DNA of 64,000 nucleotides from Gemmatimonadota bacterium. GTDB taxonomy: Bacteria; Gemmatimonadota; Gemmatimonadetes; Gemmatimonadales; GWC2-71-9. This document shows positions 50,607 to 60,799 of this stretch, in pieces. The notes under the pieces were generated by a model. The model was not told the origin of the DNA. It ran no database searches and saw nothing but the letters and a program-made list of their open reading frames with translations. Numbering within the stretch: position 1 is the stretch's first letter; every line of letters starts with the position of its first letter. A program made the translations under genes and the position numbers. Location of the stretch: positions 2,706-66,705 of the forward strand of contig JBDGXD010000002.1 in NCBI GenBank assembly GCA_039584755.1, read 5' to 3'.

Positions 50607-52193
50607 ATGTTGAGAAATGGTATTTTAGCCGCGAACGTCGCCATCCTGGCAACTGCCTACGGACTGCTGTGCTCCAGCCCAGTCCATGCACAATCGGGTA
50701 CTGCAGGTCAATTCGAGGTTGGGGCGTACGGCCAGTATACCGCCTACGACGATAGCCTTGCGCTCAAGAGCCGTGGCGGTGCGGGCGGTAGACTGGGATT
50801 CTTCTTCACTCCAGTTCTCGCCCTAGAGGTCAACGGCGACTACACGGTGACGTACGCCGTCGCCAGCGGAGACCGGGTTACGGTGACCCGTGTGGGGGCC
50901 GATCTTGTTGCGTACGGCCACACGACATCCTGGAATTCTTTTTATTTCGGGGTGGGGTACGAACGGCAATACTACCGGGGTGCAGCAACCGACGATGAGG
51001 GCGCCGCCAATGTGATGCTGGGAAGTCGGATCAACCTGGGAGCGAGGATGGCGTTTCGTATCGAGGGCAGAGGATCATTCGCTCCGTTCGGCACTCTGCG
51101 CTCAGCAAACCTGAGTGCCAACGCCGGAATCTCGATATTTGCGTTTGGCGGTCCTCCGCGCGACGCCGACCTCGATGCCGTTCCCGACAAGCACGACGTC
51201 TGTCCTGCCACACCGCAAGGAGTTTCCGTCGACGCGCAGGGATGCCCTATTGACAGTGACCGGGACGGTGTCTTTGACGGCCGTGATGCCTGCCCAGACA
51301 CACCGTTTGGTGCGACAGTCGATGAAAAGGGTTGTCCGACTGATGCCGACTCTGATGGCGTTTTCCTGGGGATTGACATCTGTCCCGAAACGCCGGTTGG
51401 GGCAACCGTGGATGAATTGGGTTGCCCAACGGACACGGACGTAGATGGCGTTTTCGACGGATTGGACCAATGTCCAGATACTCCAGCTGGTGCGGAAGTC
51501 GACACCAACGGATGCCCGATTGACTCAGATGCCGACGGAGTGGTCGACGGTCTCGACCGCTGTCCCGACACGCCGGAAGGTGTGGTGGTTGACGAGTTCG
51601 GTTGCCCCACCGACACCGACGCGGACGGTGTGCTCGACGTCAACGACGAGTGTCCGGGCACGCCACCGAACACCAGAGTGGACAGCCGCGGCTGTCCTGT
51701 GGTCAGCGACTCGGACGCCGATGGTGTACCGGATGGGGAAGACCGTTGTCCCAATACAGCCCCAGGCCACCCGGTGGACTCCGCGGGGTGCCCGGTACTT
51801 TTCGTGATCGCAGGCGGTGTATTCGTTACCCAGCAGGGTGAGCGGGGCCCCTTAATCCTGCGGGGAGTGAGTTTTGAGACGAGCAGGTCGAGACTCACTC
51901 AAGATTCGTATGCCATTCTCGACTTGGTTGCCGAGTCTCTGCTCGATTATCCTGACGTGCGCATAGAGGTAGCCGGACACACGGACGCAACGGGTTCCGA
52001 TGCGATCAACAACCCGCTGTCGCTAGCCAGGGCTCGGTCGGTGATGGCCCACTTGGCGCGCAGGGGTGTGCCACCCGAGCGAATGGAGGCCCGTGGCTAC
52101 GGTTCCGGGGATCCGATTGCCACCAACTCGACAAGAGCAGGCAGAACACAGAATAGACGGGTTGAATTGAGAGTCATTGAGGGGGGCAACTGA
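50607..52193 (+). CDS. OmpA-family outer membrane protein with thrombospondin type-3 (TSP3) calcium-binding repeats
   Basis: Signal peptide (... SSPVHA-QS), an N-terminal beta-barrel-like region, 7 TSP3-type repeats, and a C-terminal OmpA domain (GHTDATGSDAINNPLSLARARSV ... NRRVEL). Confidence 0.85.
   Translation: MLRNGILAANVAILATAYGLLCSSPVHAQSGTAGQFEVGAYGQYTAYDDSLALKSRGGAGGRLGFFFTPVLALEVNGDYTVTYAVASGDRVTVTRVGADLVAYGHTTSWNSFYFGVGYERQYYRGAATDDEGAANVMLGSRINLGARMAFRIEGRGSFAPFGTLRSANLSANAGISIFAFGGPPRDADLDAVPDKHDVCPATPQGVSVDAQGCPIDSDRDGVFDGRDACPDTPFGATVDEKGCPTDADSDGVFLGIDICPETPVGATVDELGCPTDTDVDGVFDGLDQCPDTPAGAEVDTNGCPIDSDADGVVDGLDRCPDTPEGVVVDEFGCPTDTDADGVLDVNDECPGTPPNTRVDSRGCPVVSDSDADGVPDGEDRCPNTAPGHPVDSAGCPVLFVIAGGVFVTQQGERGPLILRGVSFETSRSRLTQDSYAILDLVAESLLDYPDVRIEVAGHTDATGSDAINNPLSLARARSVMAHLARRGVPPERMEARGYGSGDPIATNSTRAGRTQNRRVELRVIEGGN
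51162..51795 (+). repeat. Coding tandem repeats (about 81 nt / 27 aa, 7 copies) encoding TSP3 motifs
   Basis: Repeated unit D.D.DGV.D..D.CPDTP.G..VD..GCP, for example DSDRDGVFDGRDACPDTPFGATVDEKGCPT, DADSDGVFLGIDICPETPVGATVDELGCPT, and so on. Confidence 0.8.
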
Positions 52194-52221
52194 GTCGTCG
52201 ACTCAGCTGGTTGACCACCGT

Positions 52222-53445
52222 ATGAGGAACCCACTGCAGCAGCTCGTAGCCCTGGTCTCCCTGGTCATATGGTCCGGCGGTCTTGCTGCTCAAACCGCTG
52301 ATTCGATTGACTGGACGGACTTGTACCAGCTCAAGCTTCGGCCCGACTACTTCGCCGAGATACTGCCAGGTGACGCCGCAGCGATCAGGCTGCCTGCACC
52401 CCCACTAGGTCAACCACCTGCAGCGGTCCGGGGCATCTACCTCAACGCCTGGGTGTTCGGCGGGAGCAGATTCTACGATCTGTTAGCGCTTGCGGATACC
52501 ACCGAGATCAATTCGTTCGTGATAGACGTCAAGGACGGCACTGGATACGTCACCTACAGGTCGAGTGTACCAGTCGCTGTATCAGTTGGCGCGAACGGCC
52601 TTATCAGAGCCAGGGACGTGAGGGAGCGTCTGGCGGTCTTGCGCCGACACGGGATTCACCCGATAGCCAGGATCGTGGTCGCCAAGGATCCTCGACTTGC
52701 CGAGCACAAACCAGATTGGGCAGTGCAAGACGTTGGCGGTGGGCTGTGGAAAGACCGCTTCGGAGATGCATGGGTAGATGCTTACAAGGACTCGGTTTGG
52801 ATCTATGCGGCCGATATCGCTGCGGAGGCGGTGTTGATGGGATTCCGTGAGGTCCAATTCGACTATGTGAGGTTTCCCGACGAGCCAGCCGAGAACCTGG
52901 AGAGGGCTGTCTTTGCCGCCCGCAGGCCAGGCGAGTCGAGACGGGCTGGCATCAGACGGAATCTGGGGCTGGCGGGTGAGCGGGTGCGAGAACTGGGCGT
53001 CCCATTCACGCTCGATGTGTTTGGCCTGGCCACCTCAGCGACCAATGATCTAGGAATCGGACAGTATTGGGAAGACGTGATCAAGCTAGCCGATGTGGTG
53101 CTTCCAATGGTGTATCCCAGCCATTACGGGCGGGGCGCCTACGGATTCGACTGGCCAAACTCCTACCCATACGAGATCGTATCTAGAGCGATGCAGGATG
53201 GGATGCGCCGAGCCGAGCAGGTAACCGGATCGGCCAAGATTCGCCCGTTCCTGCAGGCTTTCTCGATTCGCCGGGTGCGATATACAGCGACCGAAGTAAG
53301 AGCCGAGATCGAGGCGGTCGAAGATGCCGGACTGACCGACTGGGTGTTGTGGAACGCCAGCGGACGCTACCCGCCCGGAGCATTCAGAACCACCGGGCGA
53401 GCAGTCGTTTCTACGCCTGATTCAGGAGGATCGAGGGGAAACTGA
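52222..53445 (+). CDS. Putative secreted glycoside-hydrolase-like TIM-barrel protein (DUF4015-like)
   Basis: Signal peptide MRNPLQQLVALVSLVIWSGGLAAQ. The patterns RGIYLNAW ... INSFVIDVKD ... and VQFDYVRFPDEP match my recollection of the DUF4015 / putative glycosyl hydrolase family. Confidence 0.65.
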   Translation: MRNPLQQLVALVSLVIWSGGLAAQTADSIDWTDLYQLKLRPDYFAEILPGDAAAIRLPAPPLGQPPAAVRGIYLNAWVFGGSRFYDLLALADTTEINSFVIDVKDGTGYVTYRSSVPVAVSVGANGLIRARDVRERLAVLRRHGIHPIARIVVAKDPRLAEHKPDWAVQDVGGGLWKDRFGDAWVDAYKDSVWIYAADIAAEAVLMGFREVQFDYVRFPDEPAENLERAVFAARRPGESRRAGIRRNLGLAGERVRELGVPFTLDVFGLATSATNDLGIGQYWEDVIKLADVVLPMVYPSHYGRGAYGFDWPNSYPYEIVSRAMQDGMRRAEQVTGSAKIRPFLQAFSIRRVRYTATEVRAEIEAVEDAGLTDWVLWNASGRYPPGAFRTTGRAVVSTPDSGGSRGN

Positions 53446-53476
53446 TCCGGCCGATTGCCACACCTGCAGCAATACG

Positions 53477-53512
53477 AAGCGCCTCGCACAGTTGCGAGGC
53501 GCTTGCTGTTGC
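53477..53512. terminator. Intrinsic (bidirectional) terminator between convergent genes
   Basis: Perfect 12-bp stem AAGCGCCTCGCA (53477-53488), loop CAGT, TGCGAGGCGCTT (53493-53504), followed by GCTGTTGCTG. Confidence 0.7.
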
Positions 53513-53543
53513 TGTCTCAGGGCACTGGCCGTGCCGGATCGAG

Positions 53544-55562
53544 TCAATCGCGCTCCCACGCCGTGATGTGTCCTGCAACCGCGCTGGCTGCAGTTGTATA
53601 TGGACTTGCGAGGTATAGCTGACCGGGTCCCGACCTGCCAGGGAAGTTGCGGTTGATGGCGCTTATCGTCACTGTTTTGCGATCGTAGGACACGCCTGGG
53701 CCAGCGTTGATACAGGCGCCGCAGGAAGGTTCGATGAAAGTGGCACCTACCTTTTCGAACACCTCGAGGTATCCCTGTTCCTCGCAATAGTGCTTCACGT
53801 GCTGTGAGCCACATTGAATGAAGCACTGCACATCGGAGTGTATGCGCTCACCGCAGCCAAGGGCGTCTTCGAAGACGCGCGCATACATGTCCATGTCTGA
53901 CTTCTTTCCAGCAGTGCACGAGCCGCCGTATGCGATGTCGATCTGGATCAGTCCACCAAGTTCTTCGATAAAGAGCCCGTTACCGGGATCTCCTGGGAGC
54001 GCCACCAGCGGTCGCAGTTGTGCAGCGTCAAGTTCGATGACCTCCTCATACACCGCATCGTCCTCTGAGTAAAGGTCGCGAATCAGGGCACGCACTTCAC
54101 TCGGATCCAGCCCACGTTCGGTCTCCAGGTAGCCAACCACCATTTCGTCAGGCCTGATGATGCCAGTGAACGCGCCGACCTCAGCAGCCATGTTTGTCAT
54201 TGTGGCACGCTCGTCGACAGAAAGGGATTCCACAGCTTCCCCAGCATACTCGACAATCTTGCCAATCGCGTGACCGTTCTTCACGTAGGAGTGCTTCAGG
54301 ATTTGCAGCATGAAGTCCTTCGCGGTCACGTTTTCCGGCTTGCTCCCGGAAACGCGGATGAGAACCGACGGGGGAACCTTGATTCGCACGTCCTTCGTCA
54401 GCCACGAGTTGAAGATCGCAGTCGTGCCCACCCCGAACGCTACGCTGCCAACGGCACCGGCGTGTGGGGTGTGTGAATCACTGCCGATGATCACGTGACC
54501 CGGCAAAGCGTGCTGCTCGAGGATCTTGGAATGGCAGATCGCCTCTGAGCCTTGGGCCGTTCCACGACCCTTGGCACGAGGAAGCTCCCCATAGAGTTTA
54601 ACGCCTTGGACTTCGGCGAACTGCTGCTGCTTTCGCTCGAGTTGCAGCGCCACATCCAGCAGCCCCTGTGCCTTGCGCTCATCCGTCATGGCAACATCGA
54701 GAAAGGTCAGATGGTCGCGGAAAAAGAAGACAGAGCTTGGATCCACTATTCGCTCATCCGGTCCTACGTAGTCTTCCCAGAATATCGCTGACATGGGAGT
54801 CACGTACTCGTGACTGAAACGGATGTCAGTGCGAACAAAACCCTCATCTCCCGGTTCAACATGGGAAACACCAACAGAGTCCTTGGCGAGATCACGAACC
54901 CAATGGCGCGCAATGATCTTTTCCCCCAGAGTCATCGGACGGTCAGCCGTCTCTGGGGTCAGTACCTGAACCTTCCCCTGAATTCGGGCCACGTTGTAAT
55001 GGAACAGCCCCCCATGTCTGATGACATCCCGGGTGATGGCACCTTCACCCTCGATGAACTCGGACAACGGGATCTCCTCCCCATCCCTGACGCGTTCAAT
55101 GAGGGAGAAGTCAGTGCTTGTGAGAACCCCGAGGTTCTGGCAGTTCTCGCGGTAGATCCTCTCGATATTCTCTGCTATGACCAGGCTAATCCCAGCCGAC
55201 ATCTCGGCATATGGTGATTGCTCGCGCGACGAACCCTTGCCACGCCGCTTGCCACTCACCGAGCAGACGAATCCCCCTGCCCTAACGCTGCCACGCTGGA
55301 TGGGAAACTCATCCCCAGCCTTGAAGCCTAGGTAGGGAAACTCGCCGAGGGTCTCATCATAGTAGTAGCAGATATAGGCCGGGGTTATCTCGTCCGTTGA
55401 TATGTTGTCCCTGAGGGAGGCACTAAGCGGCCAGGGAAGATCCTCACCACCCAATTGCCGACGAATCAGTTGGGGATCATCAGCCAGGAACAGGATCCGG
55501 CCATTAAGCCGCACCCTATCTGGAAGAGTCACCACCTCGCGTTGTTTGAGACTCTCGATCAT
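53544..55562 (-). CDS. Aconitase-family Fe-S hydro-lyase with N-terminal swivel (LeuD-like) domain fused before the catalytic (LeuC-like) domains
   Basis: 672 aa. The N-terminus has GKRRGKGSSREQSPYAEMSAGISLVIAENIERIYRENCQNLGV (small-subunit-like). This is followed by IIGSDSHTPHAG, YGGSCTAGK and SCGACINAGPG (cluster Cys ligands). Confidence 0.85.
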   Translation of the reverse strand: MIESLKQREVVTLPDRVRLNGRILFLADDPQLIRRQLGGEDLPWPLSASLRDNISTDEITPAYICYYYDETLGEFPYLGFKAGDEFPIQRGSVRAGGFVCSVSGKRRGKGSSREQSPYAEMSAGISLVIAENIERIYRENCQNLGVLTSTDFSLIERVRDGEEIPLSEFIEGEGAITRDVIRHGGLFHYNVARIQGKVQVLTPETADRPMTLGEKIIARHWVRDLAKDSVGVSHVEPGDEGFVRTDIRFSHEYVTPMSAIFWEDYVGPDERIVDPSSVFFFRDHLTFLDVAMTDERKAQGLLDVALQLERKQQQFAEVQGVKLYGELPRAKGRGTAQGSEAICHSKILEQHALPGHVIIGSDSHTPHAGAVGSVAFGVGTTAIFNSWLTKDVRIKVPPSVLIRVSGSKPENVTAKDFMLQILKHSYVKNGHAIGKIVEYAGEAVESLSVDERATMTNMAAEVGAFTGIIRPDEMVVGYLETERGLDPSEVRALIRDLYSEDDAVYEEVIELDAAQLRPLVALPGDPGNGLFIEELGGLIQIDIAYGGSCTAGKKSDMDMYARVFEDALGCGERIHSDVQCFIQCGSQHVKHYCEEQGYLEVFEKVGATFIEPSCGACINAGPGVSYDRKTVTISAINRNFPGRSGPGQLYLASPYTTAASAVAGHITAWERD

Positions 55563-55704
55563 GGCCTGGAAACTTGCGCGGTCGTTCGAGCCTAGGCAAC
55601 CTCCTGACTGCCTCGAGAGCCCGCTCTATAACGTCCATGATCACAACAAGTTACGTTGTCGGGCTGGCCGAAACGCTGCCAACGCTGTAATTTCTCGCGC
55701 GCCG

Positions 55705-56847
55705 GTGTCCCGCATCGTTGTCTCCAACCGAGGATTCGACCTGGATCTGCCCGACACCCATACCGTTCCTGTAAGCTGGATCCGCGAGAAGGCCTGCCCG
55801 TCGATCCGGTGGCGCACGGTGACCCAGATACTCCCTCCCGGATCGGCCACCGACGGCGACATGGACCAACTGCGCCAGGACGTCTTGCAGTACAAGCCCG
55901 TGAAACAGGTCATGAAGAAGCAGCGTGTGAACGGCACGTGGAGCGGCAATATCCTGGGCTTGGCCCCCTCAAAGGCGCAGGGCATCAAAGACGTTGGCAC
56001 GGTCGCGCAATACCGTCGTCTGCTTGAGCTTGGACTTCCTACCGCAGAACGTCCGTTCCGACTAGCCGACCGCCTGTTCTACCGCTTGCTATCGCGCGAT
56101 GATGATCCTTCACTACAGTTTGAATACCAGAAGGCCAACAAGACAAATCCACTCCTGGGGGAATGGTCACGCGATCTCATGCGTGAAGGTGTCACCGCAG
56201 CACTCGCCCAAGCACGCAAGAATGAGGACCCGAGGGTTCGCGGATCAGCCCACAAGATCGTGACCCACATATCTCAGTTTTTGCGGAGCGACTTGGCTGA
56301 AAAGCCGATCGTGCGAAAGGGCTCACGCAACATTTTGCACCCGGATGCCCGTCCACCGACTGTATTCGCAGTCGCGGCACTGGCGTATATGCCCAGGCTG
56401 CAGCGCGAAAGGGCCGGTTTCGTTGAGCGGCTCGGTGCATTCCTAACCAAGGCGGCCACCAAACGCACGTACGTTATTCAGCTCGGTCGCAAGACAGTGA
56501 AGCCCACCTTTCACCTCCTGGGAGACCCTTTGTCTGCCGATAGCGCCGGCAACCCCAAGGACTTGCCTTTCGCACTTCACTGGCTGGAACTGCTCGTACG
56601 ATTACAGCTGCTGGAGCACTCGTCGGTCGGGAGCCGGATCCTCACTCGACTGCTCAAGGACTGCGATGAGCAGGGAGTCTGGAGCCCCAAGAACCTGCGA
56701 ACCTTGCCGAAGGGAAGCTCGAGCCTGGCAGATTTTGCGTTTCCCCTCGAGGCCGATGTCAGATCCCAAGATGGCAGGAAGGCCGACGTGACATTCCGGC
56801 TCGCTCTCATTGCCAAGCTCGCGGGATGGACTCTGCAATACAGCTAG
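55705..56847 (+). CDS. Hypothetical protein (helical-repeat-like), start uncertain
   Basis: Long ORF with coding-like composition. The track start at 55402 overlaps the divergent aconitase gene by 160 nt, so I tentatively use the in-frame GTG at 55705. No family was recognised. Confidence 0.5.
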   Translation: MSRIVVSNRGFDLDLPDTHTVPVSWIREKACPSIRWRTVTQILPPGSATDGDMDQLRQDVLQYKPVKQVMKKQRVNGTWSGNILGLAPSKAQGIKDVGTVAQYRRLLELGLPTAERPFRLADRLFYRLLSRDDDPSLQFEYQKANKTNPLLGEWSRDLMREGVTAALAQARKNEDPRVRGSAHKIVTHISQFLRSDLAEKPIVRKGSRNILHPDARPPTVFAVAALAYMPRLQRERAGFVERLGAFLTKAATKRTYVIQLGRKTVKPTFHLLGDPLSADSAGNPKDLPFALHWLELLVRLQLLEHSSVGSRILTRLLKDCDEQGVWSPKNLRTLPKGSSSLADFAFPLEADVRSQDGRKADVTFRLALIAKLAGWTLQYS

Positions 56848-57021
56848 TCCCAATCTCAAGAAGAGAGAAGGGCTGCGAAGCCTAATCGCCCAGCCCAGAG
56901 TCAGCTTGGCGGCACACCCCGGCTGACTAGCAGCTCACGCCCCAATGTCACCATCCCCCATTGCGCATCCTGCACTACCTCATTAGTAGTAGCTAATACT
57001 ACCTCTAAGGATCTGTGTCCC

Positions 57022-57708
57022 ATGGATCTGGTACCGTTCGGCTTCACTCCAACTGAATCGTTGATGTACCACCAGCTAGTAACTCGCGGGGCCACATCCG
57101 CTTATGCACTATCAAAGGCAGTTGGAGTGGCTCGAGCCAACACCTACCAAGCGCTCAACGGACTCGTGGCAAAACGGGCAGCGATACTGGTTACGACTGA
57201 GCCACAGGTGTTCAAGCCCGTTGCGCCAGAAGCACTGTTCGCACTCATCGCCAGCAGGCAGGCCAAGAGCCTCGATATGCTCGAGGAGCAGGTTCACTCA
57301 ATCGGACGAGTGGGCGAGCCGGCAACCATCGAGTTCAGCGGAAGTCGGTCTTTCGGTGACCTGGCGTTGCGGACTGCTGTTAGGGCAGAATCCGTCACAT
57401 GCCTAGCACCGGCTGATACGCTCGCTACTCTGGCTCCCATCTGGCGAAAACGGGTAGCCGACAAGACATCGACGGCACTGTGGACCATTGGCAGAGCTCC
57501 ACAGGACTCTCGCCTGGACCTCGCCGGGGCGGTCGACCCCGGCGAGGTGACAAGCTTATTCAAGACCGATGGCATCGTGTGTCTTGATACCGGAACCAGC
57601 GCGATCCTAGGAACGTGGGAGAAAACAGAGCAACTGAGAGGCTTCTGGTCAGCAGACCCGTTGTGGGTAGCCGCAATACGAGGTGCCATATTGGCGCTCA
57701 CGAGTTGA
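57022..57708 (+). CDS. TrmB-family transcriptional regulator
   Basis: N-terminal winged HTH LVPFGFTPTESLMYHQLVTRGATSAYALSKAVGVARANTYQALNGLVAKRAA, typical of TrmB. Confidence 0.7.
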   Translation: MDLVPFGFTPTESLMYHQLVTRGATSAYALSKAVGVARANTYQALNGLVAKRAAILVTTEPQVFKPVAPEALFALIASRQAKSLDMLEEQVHSIGRVGEPATIEFSGSRSFGDLALRTAVRAESVTCLAPADTLATLAPIWRKRVADKTSTALWTIGRAPQDSRLDLAGAVDPGEVTSLFKTDGIVCLDTGTSAILGTWEKTEQLRGFWSADPLWVAAIRGAILALTS

Positions 57709-57762
57709 CGGCAAGACACGAGTATGGCACCTTGATACTTCAACCAACTAGTTGGATGATCA

Positions 57763-58350
57763 ATGACCGACGCAGGGGAAGGTGGTCGAAGAAGCCGGAT
57801 TGCCCGGGTTGCTGCCCGGGAGTTCGCTGAATATGGGCTCGCGGGCTCCCGTGTGCAGCGGATCGCCGATAACGCGGGAGTGAACAAGCAACTGCTGTTC
57901 TACTATTTCGGATCCAAGACAGGGTTGTACCGATCCGTCATGGAAGAATCCAGCCGATGCCTTACAACACCTGCCGCAGTGGCAGACGCTCATGCTACGG
58001 GGCAACTCCGCGATGAGCTCCGCGCCGTGTACAAATCACTGGCCGAGAGCCCTCACCTGATTCGTTTGATGGCGAACGACTCGTGGACGGACGGTCTCGC
58101 TCGAGAACTCGCAGCATCGGTCATGGCGGGCCTGAAGCGGCGGGTCTCAGATATCGTCACTCGGGGTCAAGGCTTGGGGTACTTTCGTGATGATGCAGAT
58201 CCGGACTCCATCGGGCACCTGGCGCTGAGTCTCGTCCTAGGCCACCAGTGCCTCACGGCCGCGAATCCGACGTCCGTTGACGAGGGGCCTGGATGTCGGG
58301 TGCCATCCGACTCTATCAGCGACCTGTTGCTCAGGAGTCTCGAGTGGTAG
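57763..58350 (+). CDS. TetR-family transcriptional regulator
   Basis: HTH region RIARVAAREFAEYGLAGSRVQRIADNAGVNKQLLFYYFGSKTGLY. Confidence 0.85.
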   Translation: MTDAGEGGRRSRIARVAAREFAEYGLAGSRVQRIADNAGVNKQLLFYYFGSKTGLYRSVMEESSRCLTTPAAVADAHATGQLRDELRAVYKSLAESPHLIRLMANDSWTDGLARELAASVMAGLKRRVSDIVTRGQGLGYFRDDADPDSIGHLALSLVLGHQCLTAANPTSVDEGPGCRVPSDSISDLLLRSLEW

Positions 58351-58357
58351 CCGTTCC

Positions 58358-60799
58358 TCAGTTGCGACTCGCAGCCAGGTCTGCATCCTCGGCTTCATGC
58401 TTCGGCCTTTCGGCCTTTCCGCGCTTGCCCTGAAATGCCACAGCGATCACGTCGCTCAGGGTTTCAGCTGCGTAGACCTCGATCCGGTCCCGCTCCGCTT
58501 CGCTGAGGTCCTCCAGATCGGGGATGTTCTCTTTCGGAAGCATGATGTTGGAGATGCCGGCGCGGCACGCACCGAGGACTTTCTCCTTGACACCGCCGAT
58601 CGGGAGCACTCGCCCAGAAAGCGTAATCTCTCCCGTCATGGCAAGATCGTGCCTTACGGGCACGCCCGACATACGGCTTATCAGAGCCGTGGCCATCGTG
58701 ACGCCGGCAGATGGTCCGTCTTTCGGTATCGCACCTGCAGGCACGTGAATGTGGATGTCCTTCTCAGCGAACATGTCAGCGGCAATACCTAGTTCGGCCG
58801 CGTGCGACTTGGCGTAAGAAAGCGCCGCTTGGGCCGACTCCTTCATTACATCACCTAGCTGACCGGTGAGAACCAGACTGCCCTTGCCTGGCATGACCGA
58901 TACCTCCACGAACATGATGTCTCCACCCGCTGGCGTATAATACATGCCAGTTGACACACCGAGCTGATCCTCCTCCGCCGCCTTCTCGGGATGCACCTTC
59001 GGCCTTCCAATGAGGTCACGTACGTTCTCTCGATCAACGTCGAGGGAGTCGATCTCTTGCACGGCTATCTTGCGTGCCACTTTGCGAGCGACCTTCCCCA
59101 ACTCACGCTCCAGTTGCCTGACTCCCGACTCCCGGGTGTAGCCGGAGATGACAGCACTGACGGCCCCATCTGCGATGGTCAACTCGTCCAAAGACAGACC
59201 TGCATCGTTTACTTGACGCGGAACCAGATACTGCCGCGCTATTTCGAGCTTCTCGCGCTCCGTGTAGCCGGAGAACTCCACCAACTCCATCCTGTCCAAC
59301 AACGGTGGCGGGATGTTGGGGATGAAGTTTGCCGTGGCTATGAACATCACTTCGGACAGGTCAAACGGTATGCCAAGATAGTGATCGGTGAAGGAGTCGT
59401 TTTGTGCCGGATCCAACACCTCCAGTAATGCCGAGGCGGGATCGCCTTGGAAAGACGCACCCAGCTTATCCACTTCGTCCAAGAGAAAGACCGGGTTCTT
59501 GCTCCCGGCCCGTTTGAGTCCATCCATGATACGGCCCGGCATCGCACCAACGTAGGTTCGTCTGTGTCCCCGAATGTCGGCTTCATCCCGAGCGCCACCC
59601 AGCGCAATACGGACGTACTTGCGGCCTATCGCTCGGGCAATCGACTTGGCGACAGACGTCTTCCCGGTTCCCGGAGGGCCGGCAAACAGGAGGATGGTGC
59701 CTTTTGGCCGTCGATCGTCCTCATTGCCAGCGGGTTCGTCTCCGTCGGTTCGTTGCCCCTGGAGCTTCCGGACGGCCAAGTACTCCAGAACACGGTCCTT
59801 GACTTCCTTGAGGCCGTAGTGATCCTCGTCTAGCACCTCTTGGGCAATCTTGAGATCGAGGTGATCCTCGGTGCGCTCGTTCCAGGGAAGTTCGGCCACC
59901 GCCTCGAGGAAGGTCCTGATCACCTGAGCTTCCATCGATTCTCTGGGTGAACGATCCAACCTGCCCAGCTCACGGTTCACCTCCTTGCGGGCTTCTTCCG
60001 ACAAGTCGAGGCCCTTTAGACGCTCCCGCAGCTCGTCCACATCAGCACCTTCGTCCTCATCGCCCAATTCGCGACGGATCGCTTTGAGCTGCTCACGGAG
60101 AAACATCTCACGCTGCCGTTCTCCCAATTCCTCTTGGACCTTGGACTTAATCTCCGCTTGTGCCTTCAGCAGTCCGATCTGCCGTTGTGCATGAAGCAGC
60201 ACACGGCGCAGGCGTTCCTCGACGCCGAGGGTTTCAAGCAGCCCTTGTCTCTCCTGCTTGGGTATCTCCAGGTAACCCGCCACCAGATCGGCAAAGCTCC
60301 CTGGGTCGTTCACACCCTCCAAGACTTGTTGAATGGCCTCTTCCGGAATCCCCGTCTTCTCGCCCAGCTCGGTTGCGCGCTCTCGCACCTCACGGTACAG
60401 GGCTACGAAGGCTGCGCTCTCAGCGTCGATGGGGTCGAGGTCGGGAGCTTCTTGCACCGCCGCTTCCAGGTAGCTGCCCGCCTGGTTGTACTGCAGGACC
60501 GCGCCACGGTGCTTGCCGTGAAGCAGGAGTTGAATGCCACCCAGCCCACGCTGCACTTGCCCGATGCGGGCGACTGTCCCCATGGTGTGCAGCCCCTCGG
60601 GCTCCACCTCCTCTTGATCTTCACGCTGGCACACCGCGAAGATCAAGCGACCGTCGGACTCGCTCTTCAATGCCGCCTCGATGGCCGCAAGCGTGCGTGG
60701 CCTGCCCGCTCCAATGGGCGCCGTCACACCCGGAAACAGAACCAGCCCTCGAAGCGGTAGTACAGGGAGTCTCCGGCGTATCAGTCTTTTTTCCGTCAT
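58358..60799 (-). CDS. lon: ATP-dependent Lon protease (LonA)
   Basis: 813 aa with an N-terminal LON substrate domain (LPVLPLRGLVLFPG), the AAA+ Walker A GPPGTGKTS, and a proteolytic domain with PKDGPSAGVTMATAL and a catalytic Ser-Lys dyad. Confidence 0.95.
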   Translation of the reverse strand: MTEKRLIRRRLPVLPLRGLVLFPGVTAPIGAGRPRTLAAIEAALKSESDGRLIFAVCQREDQEEVEPEGLHTMGTVARIGQVQRGLGGIQLLLHGKHRGAVLQYNQAGSYLEAAVQEAPDLDPIDAESAAFVALYREVRERATELGEKTGIPEEAIQQVLEGVNDPGSFADLVAGYLEIPKQERQGLLETLGVEERLRRVLLHAQRQIGLLKAQAEIKSKVQEELGERQREMFLREQLKAIRRELGDEDEGADVDELRERLKGLDLSEEARKEVNRELGRLDRSPRESMEAQVIRTFLEAVAELPWNERTEDHLDLKIAQEVLDEDHYGLKEVKDRVLEYLAVRKLQGQRTDGDEPAGNEDDRRPKGTILLFAGPPGTGKTSVAKSIARAIGRKYVRIALGGARDEADIRGHRRTYVGAMPGRIMDGLKRAGSKNPVFLLDEVDKLGASFQGDPASALLEVLDPAQNDSFTDHYLGIPFDLSEVMFIATANFIPNIPPPLLDRMELVEFSGYTEREKLEIARQYLVPRQVNDAGLSLDELTIADGAVSAVISGYTRESGVRQLERELGKVARKVARKIAVQEIDSLDVDRENVRDLIGRPKVHPEKAAEEDQLGVSTGMYYTPAGGDIMFVEVSVMPGKGSLVLTGQLGDVMKESAQAALSYAKSHAAELGIAADMFAEKDIHIHVPAGAIPKDGPSAGVTMATALISRMSGVPVRHDLAMTGEITLSGRVLPIGGVKEKVLGACRAGISNIMLPKENIPDLEDLSEAERDRIEVYAAETLSDVIAVAFQGKRGKAERPKHEAEDADLAASRN

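Noticed and set aside
51162-51795. A regularly spaced repeat array considered as a possible CRISPR.
   Set aside because: The repeats are in-frame coding TSP3 units within a long ORF, with no unique spacers and no cas genes.
50972-51898. 308-aa minus-strand ORF across the TSP3 repeat region.
   Set aside because: An artefact of the repetitive GC-rich coding repeats. The plus frame gives canonical TSP3 and OmpA motifs.
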